DNA of 64,000 nucleotides, taken from the NCBI GenBank assembly GCA_045614185.1, contig JAZLCJ010000016.1:11384-75383 (forward strand). The letters run 5' to 3'. How positions within the stretch are numbered: the stretch's first letter is position 1; each line of letters starts with the position of its first letter. Position numbers and translations under genes: made by a program. Positions 10,120 to 17,785 of the stretch are shown piece after piece. The DNA is from Christensenellaceae bacterium. Its GTDB lineage: Bacteria; Bacillota; Clostridia; Christensenellales; Borkfalkiaceae. Below the pieces are notes generated by a model, which did no database searches, was not told the DNA's origin, and was given only the letters and a program-made list of their open reading frames with translations.

Positions 10120-10131
10120 TTTAGGTGAAGT

Positions 10132-11091
10132 ATGAAAATTTCAGTATTAGGTTGTGGCAGATGGGGCTCGTTTATCGGTTGGTATTTGGTCAACACCGGT
10201 CACAACGTTATTCAATGGGGTACGGAAGGGAATTATTCCTTTGACGTTCTTAAAAATACGGGTAGAAACGAATACGTTGAACTTGATAAACGTATTGATT
10301 TATCCCCAAATCTTGAATATGCAGTAAATAGCAGTGATATTATTATTATATCTATAAGCGCACAAGGTCTACGCTCTTTTATGAAAAGAGTAACCGAATT
10401 TGACGTTTCAAATAAAAAGTTCATACTTTGTATGAAAGGTGTTGAGGCTGAAACAGGTAAAAGACTTTCAGAAGTAATGGTTGAAAGCGGTATAAGTGCG
10501 GATAACGTTGCTGTTTGGGTGGGACCTGGACATATTCAGGCATTTACAAAAGGTTATCCAAACTGTATGGTTATAGACTCAACTAATAAAGAATTAGTTA
10601 AGTTTTTGGCGGATAATTTGCGTGGTGAACTTATAAGATTTTACTACGGTGACGATATCATTGGTAGTGAAATTGGCGCTGCTGCTAAAAATGTAATGGG
10701 TATTGCGGCTGGTATGCTTGATGGTTGTGGTTACACAACCTTAAAAGGTCCGCTTATGGCGCGTGGTGCGCGTGAAGTTGCAAGACTTATAAAGGCTATG
10801 GGTGGTAATGAACTTTCTGCTTATGGGCTTTGTCATTTAGGTGACTATGAAACAACGCTTTTCTCTGAATATTCAAACAATAGAAGGTTTGGAGAAAAAT
10901 ATGTAAAAGGCGAGCGTTTTGAAAAACTTGCCGAAGGCGTAAGTACTACAAAAGCACTTAAATCTCTCGGTGAAAAGTATGGGGTAGATTTACCTATAAC
11001 AAATGCTGTTTACTTAATTTTATATGAGAATAAAGAACCTATGAAAGTTTTGCTATCACTTTTCTCAAGAAGTATTAAAAAAGAATTTTAA
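10132..11091 (+). CDS. gpsA: NAD(P)H-dependent glycerol-3-phosphate dehydrogenase
   Basis: N-terminal Rossmann fold ISVLGCGRWGS and GpsA-like C-terminal domain (AAKNVMGIAAG). Confidence 0.8.
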   Translation: MKISVLGCGRWGSFIGWYLVNTGHNVIQWGTEGNYSFDVLKNTGRNEYVELDKRIDLSPNLEYAVNSSDIIIISISAQGLRSFMKRVTEFDVSNKKFILCMKGVEAETGKRLSEVMVESGISADNVAVWVGPGHIQAFTKGYPNCMVIDSTNKELVKFLADNLRGELIRFYYGDDIIGSEIGAAAKNVMGIAAGMLDGCGYTTLKGPLMARGAREVARLIKAMGGNELSAYGLCHLGDYETTLFSEYSNNRRFGEKYVKGERFEKLAEGVSTTKALKSLGEKYGVDLPITNAVYLILYENKEPMKVLLSLFSRSIKKEF

Positions 11092-11094
11092 CAA

Positions 11095-11126
11095 TAAAAA
11101 AGACCGCTTAAAAGCGGTCTTTTTGT
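11095..11126. terminator. bidirectional rho-independent terminator (gpsA / WYL gene)
   Basis: AAAAAGACCGC-TTAAAA-GCGGTCTTTTT. Confidence 0.85.
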
Positions 11127-11127
11127 T

Positions 11128-12054
11128 TTAATTATAGTTTGCTAAAATATCGTTTGCACATTGTTTAACTGCATCTTTTACTGATTTTGGCGATAAAACT
11201 TTTAATCCATTGCCATAACTTATAATTTTTGTAATTAAGCCGTTATCAAAGGGAAGTTTAACAAAGGCAAAATGTTTTTCACCAACTGATGAAACGTTTT
11301 CTATTCCAAGCCATTCTTCAACGTCAGATAAGCATTTTTTGTCAATTTCAAACGTAATATCAACGGTTTCTTGTTGATTGTGCCAAAAATTAAGAGGAAG
11401 TTCCATTTTTGATAAATCATGTCTAACAAACGTTTCATTTAATAAATTTGCATGTTCAATTCTTCCAGTCTTAAAAAATCTAAATTCTTGACGCAAATGG
11501 CAATAAGCAAAAACATACCACAAACCTTGCTTAAATACGATAACGTGCGGTTCAATAATTCTATCAGTAACTTCACCGTTTCTATCGTGATATTTTACTT
11601 GTAATTTTTTAGATTCTTCAATACTTTTTTGTATAATTATTAATTTGCTTTTATAACCAACAGTATCGCCCCATGGGCCAGCATCAATAATTAAGTTTCC
11701 ACCTTTTACGTCAAAGCCAGAATATTCGTTCTTAACAGTAGATTTAAGTTTATTTATAACGTTTGATAAATCTTTATTAGGAACACTTTCTGTAATGGCT
11801 GAAAGGGCATTTATGGTTTGTTCAAATTCTTTTATGGTCATAAAAGTTGAAGAAAATTTATATGTATCTATAATTGAAAAACCGCCTTGGTTTCCGCGTA
11901 AAGTATAAATAGGAACTCCAGCCATTTCTAGCGCGCTTATGTATCGATGAATACTTCTTACGCTAACTTCATATTTTTGAGCAAGATAGTTTGCCTTAAC
12001 ACATTTTTTCGACATAAGTTCGAAAAGAATTCTAAGCATAATTTCAAATTTCAT
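11128..12054 (-). CDS. YafY-type HTH + WYL domain transcriptional regulator
   Basis: HTH_11 (VSVRSIHRYISALEMAGVPIYTLRGNQGGFSI) plus WYL core (IIEPHVIVFKQGLWYVFAYCHLRQEFRFFKTGRI). ATG at 12054 has an AAGGAG RBS and is preferred over the track start at 12078. Confidence 0.85.
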   Translation of the reverse strand: MKFEIMLRILFELMSKKCVKANYLAQKYEVSVRSIHRYISALEMAGVPIYTLRGNQGGFSIIDTYKFSSTFMTIKEFEQTINALSAITESVPNKDLSNVINKLKSTVKNEYSGFDVKGGNLIIDAGPWGDTVGYKSKLIIIQKSIEESKKLQVKYHDRNGEVTDRIIEPHVIVFKQGLWYVFAYCHLRQEFRFFKTGRIEHANLLNETFVRHDLSKMELPLNFWHNQQETVDITFEIDKKCLSDVEEWLGIENVSSVGEKHFAFVKLPFDNGLITKIISYGNGLKVLSPKSVKDAVKQCANDILANYN

Positions 12055-12137
12055 AGTTATTATTCTCCTTATATTCATATTGTAATATATAGCAATAAAA
12101 ATGTCAATTATTTAGTGTTAATTCTTTTAATATGACA

Positions 12138-12147
12138 GCCATATGGC
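12138..12147. promoter_or_regulatory. perfect 10-bp palindrome GCCATATGGC in the WYL / small-ORF divergent intergenic region
   Basis: Read directly from the sequence. Candidate operator. Confidence 0.4.
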
Positions 12148-12150
12148 AAC

Positions 12151-12173
12151 TTAGATTGTTATTATTAGATTGT
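12151..12173. repeat. direct repeat TTAGATTGT-N5-TTAGATTGT just upstream of the small-ORF RBS
   Basis: Two identical 9-mers at 12151-12159 and 12165-12173. Confidence 0.6.
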
Positions 12174-12187
12174 AAAAAGGAGATATT

Positions 12188-12385
12188 ATGTTTGATTTTA
12201 TTTTTAGAACTTTTTTTGATAAGGTTAAAGAAGATGCTGTTGTAGAGAAAAAATTTGATAGAAAGAGTTTTGCTGTTAACTGTGAAAATACTTGTTTATC
12301 AAGTTATTTTAGTAATTGTCGTGGATTAAATGTGGAGGAGCGTGCAGAACATAATAAAGAGCTTAATATGCATGCTCACAAATAA
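12188..12385 (+). CDS. 65-aa hypothetical protein
   Basis: Strong SD (AAAGGAG) 7 nt before the ATG. Divergent from the WYL regulator. Its 3' end overlaps the convergent murG stop by 23 nt. Confidence 0.45.
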   Translation: MFDFIFRTFFDKVKEDAVVEKKFDRKSFAVNCENTCLSSYFSNCRGLNVEERAEHNKELNMHAHK

Positions 12386-13415
12386 TTTTTACAATCTTAT
12401 CGTTTGCTCCAGTAAAGTTATGGTTAGACATATTCCTAATAATATTCATTCTGTTTGAGTATACAGAATTAACGGCAAAAGTAATTGATTCTTTTGTTAA
12501 AACGTTTTGTTTTAACACATAGGCTAAGCCTAATTTTTGGAAATATTCTGCATTTAAGATTTGATCTCCGCGAGACACAGTTTTAGGAAGCGGTATTAAT
12601 ATGGATGGAACCTTTAGCGCCATTAGTTCAAAAATTGTGTTTGCGCCCGCGCGTGAAATACATACTGATGCTAAATTTAGCGCATACTCCATTTTTTCTA
12701 AATATTCTAATTGACAGTAGCCTTGTTGTGCGTTTTCATTAACAATATTTCCTTTTCCACAAATATGAATAACGTCATATCTGGGCAACAAATAGGGTAA
12801 AGCGGCTCTAAAAACGTTGTTTATGGCGCGTGCACCTTGACTTCCACCTGTAAGTAATAAAACGGGTTTTTTCCCGTTAAAACCAAAATATTTAAGCGCA
12901 TATTCTTTATTAAATTCAAAAAGATTTTGCCTTATAGGTGATCCGGTGTGCCTGCCGTTTTTTATTGTTAATGCGGTTTCTTCAAAAGAAGTTAAAACCA
13001 TTTTGGAGAATTTTGCACATATTTTATTTGCTAAACCTACGGTATAATCACTTTCATGCGATATTACTGGTATTTTTCTTTTATGAGCAGCAATTACTAC
13101 AGGAACAGAAACATAGCCACCTTTTGAGAAAATTATAGACGGCTTTATTTGGTCTAAAATTTTACCCGCTTGGTATATGCCTTGTATAACTTTTGTTGGG
13201 GTAGATAAATTTTTTAATATTTTGGAGCGGTCTAATTTTGCACAATTTATTTCATAGTATGGTAAGTTTTCATTTTTGATAATATTTTTTTCAATACCAT
13301 TTGTGCTACCGATATAAATTATGTCATCAAAATACTTTTTAAGTTGTGGTAAAAGTGCTACGTTTGGGATACAATGGCCGGCGGTTCCACCGCCAGTTAA
13401 TACAATTTTACTCAT
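12363..13415 (-). CDS. murG: UDP-GlcNAc:lipid I N-acetylglucosaminyltransferase MurG
   Basis: N-terminal LTGGGTAGHCIP motif and GT28 architecture. Confidence 0.9.
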   Translation of the reverse strand: MSKIVLTGGGTAGHCIPNVALLPQLKKYFDDIIYIGSTNGIEKNIIKNENLPYYEINCAKLDRSKILKNLSTPTKVIQGIYQAGKILDQIKPSIIFSKGGYVSVPVVIAAHKRKIPVISHESDYTVGLANKICAKFSKMVLTSFEETALTIKNGRHTGSPIRQNLFEFNKEYALKYFGFNGKKPVLLLTGGSQGARAINNVFRAALPYLLPRYDVIHICGKGNIVNENAQQGYCQLEYLEKMEYALNLASVCISRAGANTIFELMALKVPSILIPLPKTVSRGDQILNAEYFQKLGLAYVLKQNVLTKESITFAVNSVYSNRMNIIRNMSNHNFTGANDKIVKIICEHAY

Positions 13416-13454
13416 ACATTATATATATGCGTAAAAACAAATATTGTTATACAA

Positions 13455-13489
13455 TAAAAAAAGTGCGTTGATAATTCAACGCACTTTTT
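13455..13489 (-). terminator. rho-independent terminator after the 1035-aa gene
   Basis: GTGCGTTG-ATAATT-CAACGCAC flanked by A/T runs. Confidence 0.8.
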
Positions 13490-13501
13490 AATTATTCAAG
13501 A

Positions 13502-16500
13502 TTAGTCGTTTTTCTTTTCGTCTTCATTTCCGAAAACTTCAACGTCGCCGTATACGTAAGAATCTTTTTCTTCTTCAGTTTCGGTTTCTTCCGCATTTTC
13601 TTCTGCGGTTTCTTCTACTTCTTCAGCATCGCTTTCATCTTCGTATTCATCGTCTTCAATTTCTACTTTCTTAACTTTTTTAGCCTTGCTAACTTTAGTT
13701 CTACTTGTGATTTTATAGTGTGATTTAGCATCACTTGCGTTAGCTTTGCGTCTTCTTAAGAAAGTCTTAACTGCAAGCATAATGATTGCAAGAACTAATA
13801 CAGCAGAGAGAAGTATAGATGAGAATGACATCCAGAAAGTAGCGGGGTCGGTTTCTGCAGAGCAGTTACCTTGTTCAGCAACTTCTTTTTCAGGTTCATT
13901 GTCGTAGGGGTTAGTTTCAACAGGATCTATGGTATTAAATATTGCGTAAACCATAGTTGAGTTCTTGGCCCAAACAATATTCTTTTTATATGATACGTTA
14001 GCACCAGTAGTGGTGGTATCATTGTTGAATTTTTGTTCGATGTAAGAGAGTTGACGAGTATAGGTTATAACTTCATCAATTTTTTCACCGTTAACAATTT
14101 GTTCTTTGTAAAGGGGATTGTCTGTAGTGGTGAATACGTCTTCATATCTTGCAGATTCAGTAAACCCGTTATTAGTAGAAACGCTAATATTTTTAATAAA
14201 TACGTAACCTTGAGAAGAAATTGACTTATCTCTAGTACCGTTCCAAACTTCTACACGCAAATCTTTAACTGATGCACCAGTTGCAACGAAGAAGTCAATG
14301 GTAACCCAACCATCGTTACCCATATGTCTTTCATAAAGGAATAATTGCATCTTGGTATCAGCTGTAGTGTGTTCTTTGCCTTCGGTATCGGTAAAGTTAG
14401 AAAGTGATGCTACGCCTTTATTTTGGCTTGAGGTGTCTACGAGATATACGCTTGCTCTTGTGTCATCACCAGAAACCCTTAAGGTTACAGAGATGTGAGC
14501 GAAAGAACTTGCTGAAATATCATATGAATCACTTATGAAGCCATAGTTATCAGCTTTTGCGTTATAAATAACGAGAGGTTGAATGTTCTTTTCATCTTCA
14601 GTTGCCTTGAAATTTAACGCAGAAGCAAGGCCAGGAAGTTTTGAAGAATAGTTATATTTTGTGTTGATTAAACCTGCATAACTTCCGTCGTTATTACCGT
14701 TAGTTCTGTCGTTAACAGCGGTTTCAAGAGCGATGCCTTCCTTAACGTAAATGTGGTCAGCAACGATACCTTGATAGCCAGATGCTACAGCGGGGTGGGT
14801 AACAATAGAACCTAAATCGCTGGGAGCAACAGAGAATGAATAATGATTGTGTTCAGTTTCTTGACTATAATCTTCTTTCATGCCAGCAAATAAAGAGATG
14901 GTTGAAGAAGAATCGCTTGAGTATAAAATAAAGTTGTTGTAATCAGCTAAATCATTTGCTTTCTTTGCGTCGTCAGCAGTAATGTGATAATCACCGTAAG
15001 CAACGAGGGGAGAGGTGATGTAAACGTCACCAGTTGCAAATTCGTCTTTGTAAGAAACATTTGCAACGTCTGCGGGACCAACTGAAACTTCAATTCTAAA
15101 TGATCTTGCAACGTCACCTGTGGTGCTGTTGTCGTTATCTTTTTCAAAGTTGTTCTTGAGAACGAAAGAAACGTGTTGCCATTCATCGCTTACTTCAGTA
15201 ACTGAAGCTGAATCTAAATAAGCAATATCTTTGCAACCGCTGAGCATATCATAAATACTAAATGATACGTTGGTGTTGCTGAGTTTGCTTAATTGATTTT
15301 TAACATAGAAAGAAACTAAAGCGTATCCGCTGCAATCAACTTTTGCAAAACTATCATAAACGAGTGTAGCTGCAGAATTCTTAATTGAAACTTTGCTTAC
15401 TGATGCTTTTGAACCGTAGGGAGAATCGCTTGAAGCGTTTGAAACAGTGTAACTGCTATCGCTGAAACGGTCTGCGGTTGAACCAGTATTTGATGTTGTA
15501 AAGTTGTGCTTTAAGGTTGCGCTTGAATTTTTAAGATAATTATCATTGAGTTTGAGAGAGAATGCGTAAGTTGTGCCAGATGCAATAACGGGTTCTCTTT
15601 CTTCTTGTGCATAAGTAAAGGTGCTGGTGGGGCAAGAATTAGTTCCAGAAGTGTATTCTGATTGGGTTATTTCTTCAAAAGAAACGTTATCGAAGTAAGC
15701 GGTACCTTGGGTAAGACCATTGAGTTGATAGCCAAGACCTAAAACGAGTTGAAGTTCGGTATCAAAGAAGGTATCTGCTTGAACGTAAATGGTGTACTTT
15801 GTCCATTCAGTATTTTTAATATTCTTAATTACGTACTCGGGTTGGCTAACTGCATTGAAGATTGTTGAAAGACGAATGGTAGCACCAAAATCTTGGTTCT
15901 TTGCGGTAAGGTTAGCAACTTTAACCCAAACGTTGAATTTACCGTAAGTACCTTTTTCAAGAATGATTTTGCTTGAAGAGGTAATCTTTTGAGAGGTGCC
16001 TAAACCGATATTGCTTGATGCGCGGTAGTTATTCAACATAAAAACCGCATTATCTTCAGCACCGCTGGGGATACCAGGGTTAGCAAACTCTTTTGAAATA
16101 TAGTTGTTTACAATATATTCTTTTACAGTTGCATCTGAAGGTTTATAAGACTCGCTATTGTTTAAGTTATAAGCAGGGTCTTTTTTAATATTTTCAATAA
16201 CTTGGTCTTTAGTTATGCCGTTTTGATGTAAAACGTAAGAAAGAATAGCATTGTCAGTATACATGTTATTCATGAGTTCTTTCCAAGCATCAGAAGAAAC
16301 GTCGATAACACCAGAGTTAGCAGCAGCTTGAACGATATCATCATCACTATCCTTTGTCTTTGACCAACCAGTTGTGTCAGTCTTGGGGAAAGCGGTAAAT
16401 GATACGTTAGTCGTGCCAAGAGAGAAGTTGGGGTTGCTAATAACACCATCATCTACTTCCGTATGCGAGTAACTGGGCGGGGTAGTGCTTGTCTTATCGC

Positions 16501-16609
16501 TTTCTTCATTACATGCGATAGCGAATAATGAAAAACACATTACCGCAACCAAAGCTAAAACTGTAATCAGTTTTGTTTTGTAGTTCTTAAAAATACCTAA
16601 TCTTGCCAT
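13502..16609 (-). CDS. large cell-surface protein with N-terminal lipoprotein-type signal, three divergent jelly-roll (CBM-like) modules, a C-terminal TM helix and a basic-then-acidic cytoplasmic tail
   Basis: Signal plus lipobox-like SLFAIAC|NEE. Recurrent module endings are ...TAYFDNVSFEE, ...GDVYITSPLV and ...GYVFIKNISV. C-terminal TM is FWMSFSSILLSAVLVLAIIMLAV, followed by RRRKAN...KKVKKV and then an E/D-rich tail. Confidence 0.7.
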   Translation of the reverse strand: MARLGIFKNYKTKLITVLALVAVMCFSLFAIACNEESDKTSTTPPSYSHTEVDDGVISNPNFSLGTTNVSFTAFPKTDTTGWSKTKDSDDDIVQAAANSGVIDVSSDAWKELMNNMYTDNAILSYVLHQNGITKDQVIENIKKDPAYNLNNSESYKPSDATVKEYIVNNYISKEFANPGIPSGAEDNAVFMLNNYRASSNIGLGTSQKITSSSKIILEKGTYGKFNVWVKVANLTAKNQDFGATIRLSTIFNAVSQPEYVIKNIKNTEWTKYTIYVQADTFFDTELQLVLGLGYQLNGLTQGTAYFDNVSFEEITQSEYTSGTNSCPTSTFTYAQEEREPVIASGTTYAFSLKLNDNYLKNSSATLKHNFTTSNTGSTADRFSDSSYTVSNASSDSPYGSKASVSKVSIKNSAATLVYDSFAKVDCSGYALVSFYVKNQLSKLSNTNVSFSIYDMLSGCKDIAYLDSASVTEVSDEWQHVSFVLKNNFEKDNDNSTTGDVARSFRIEVSVGPADVANVSYKDEFATGDVYITSPLVAYGDYHITADDAKKANDLADYNNFILYSSDSSSTISLFAGMKEDYSQETEHNHYSFSVAPSDLGSIVTHPAVASGYQGIVADHIYVKEGIALETAVNDRTNGNNDGSYAGLINTKYNYSSKLPGLASALNFKATEDEKNIQPLVIYNAKADNYGFISDSYDISASSFAHISVTLRVSGDDTRASVYLVDTSSQNKGVASLSNFTDTEGKEHTTADTKMQLFLYERHMGNDGWVTIDFFVATGASVKDLRVEVWNGTRDKSISSQGYVFIKNISVSTNNGFTESARYEDVFTTTDNPLYKEQIVNGEKIDEVITYTRQLSYIEQKFNNDTTTTGANVSYKKNIVWAKNSTMVYAIFNTIDPVETNPYDNEPEKEVAEQGNCSAETDPATFWMSFSSILLSAVLVLAIIMLAVKTFLRRRKANASDAKSHYKITSRTKVSKAKKVKKVEIEDDEYEDESDAEEVEETAEENAEETETEEEKDSYVYGDVEVFGNEDEKKND

Positions 16610-16644
16610 AATTCACCTTTGCTGAAATTTTTAACTGTTTAATA

Positions 16645-16679
16645 CACGTGCGTACGCGTAGCGCGCGCAACACAGCGCA
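16645..16679. other. CpG-rich alternating purine-pyrimidine palindrome cluster in the leader of the 1035-aa gene
   Basis: 24 of 35 nt are G/C, with 8 CpG. Overlapping palindromes: CACGTG, GCGTACGC, TACGCGTA, GCGCGCGC. Confidence 0.6.
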
Positions 16680-16685
16680 TAAAAC

Positions 16686-16714
16686 ATTATATAGCATTTT
16701 AAATTAAAAATCAA
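16686..16714 (-). promoter_or_regulatory. sigma-A-type promoter TTGATT-N17-TATAAT for the 1035-aa gene
   Basis: Read on the minus strand. Spacing is exactly 17 nt. Confidence 0.6.
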
Positions 16715-16789
16715 CCGTACAAAGGCTGTTTGATATTATTTTTTATAAAAAATTTATTGATTTTACGTTTAATTGCTAATAATAGGTGT

Positions 16790-17188
16790 ATGAAAGTAAA
16801 TTTAGAAGAAAAAAACAAGAGTTTAACAAAAAATAAAGAGATAATTTACGCTCTTATTGCAGGGGTGTTTTCGGGGTTTATTAACGGAATATTTGGTGGT
16901 GGGGGTGGTATGATAGTCGTGCCAATGCTTACCGAACTGCTAAAGTATAAGTCTAAGGTTGCGCATGCAACAGCAATTTTGATAATTTTGCCGATATCTA
17001 TTATCAGCAGTATTTTTTATGCAGCGTTTGGTAATTTTAATTTAGGTATAGGTATTCCTACTGGGATAGGCGTAACTTTAGGTGGATTAATAGGTGCTTT
17101 TCTATTGTCTAAAATTAAAGCAAAGTGGGTTAGTATAATTTTTTCATTTGTGATGTTTGGCGCAGGTGTTAAAATGTTGTTTTTTTAA
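16790..17188 (+). CDS. TSUP (TauE/SafE) family half-size (4-TM) membrane protein
   Basis: GGGGGMIVVPML motif. ATG at 16790 is preferred over the track's TTG at 16730. Confidence 0.7.
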   Translation: MKVNLEEKNKSLTKNKEIIYALIAGVFSGFINGIFGGGGGMIVVPMLTELLKYKSKVAHATAILIILPISIISSIFYAAFGNFNLGIGIPTGIGVTLGGLIGAFLLSKIKAKWVSIIFSFVMFGAGVKMLFF

Positions 17189-17198
17189 GGGGGAGTTT

Positions 17199-17567
17199 AT
17201 GAAAGTTTTTCTGTATTTATTAGTTGGAGCAATAGGTGGTGTGCTTGGTGGAATGGGCATGGGAGGTGGAACGCTACTTATCCCTTTATTAACAATAATT
17301 CTTAAAGTTGGTCAACATACAGCGCAAGCAGTTAATTTGATAAGCTTTATTCCAATGGCAATAATATCTTTAATAATTCATATAAAAAACAAATTGATTG
17401 AAAAAAAGAACGCGTTATTAATTATTATACCAGGATGCATATTTTGTATCGCTGGGGCGTTGTTATCAAAGAGTGTATCAAACACACTTTTAACTAAGTT
17501 GTTCGGTGGCTTTTTGGTGCTGTTAGCATGTGTTCAATTTGTGGTGAAATTAAAGAAAAAATCATAA
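17199..17567 (+). CDS. TSUP (TauE/SafE) family half-size (4-TM) membrane protein
   Basis: GMGGGTLLIPLL motif. GGGGGAG RBS before the ATG at 17199. Confidence 0.7.
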   Translation: MKVFLYLLVGAIGGVLGGMGMGGGTLLIPLLTIILKVGQHTAQAVNLISFIPMAIISLIIHIKNKLIEKKNALLIIIPGCIFCIAGALLSKSVSNTLLTKLFGGFLVLLACVQFVVKLKKKS

Positions 17568-17572
17568 TTACT

Positions 17573-17763
17573 TTGTGCACAAAGCACAAACAAAAAAGTG
17601 TTTGAAAGGAACTAAAATACGTGAAAAAATTTGACAAAATAACAAAATATGAAATAATTTAACAAAATTAAAATAAAAAATTGTGCAATTTGAAATATCT
17701 TTTTGTGCAATATGCATAAAATTAAAAAAAACTATATACAAACACAATATCTTGTGCTATAAT
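17573..17763. repeat. four TTGTGC(A) motif copies upstream of ppx, including the 10-bp palindrome TTGTGCACAA
   Basis: Copies at 17573-17582 (palindrome), 17681-17688, 17703-17710 and 17752-17757. The last abuts an extended -10, TGCTATAAT. Confidence 0.5.
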
Positions 17764-17785
17764 AAGCGTAAGACTAACATATGGC

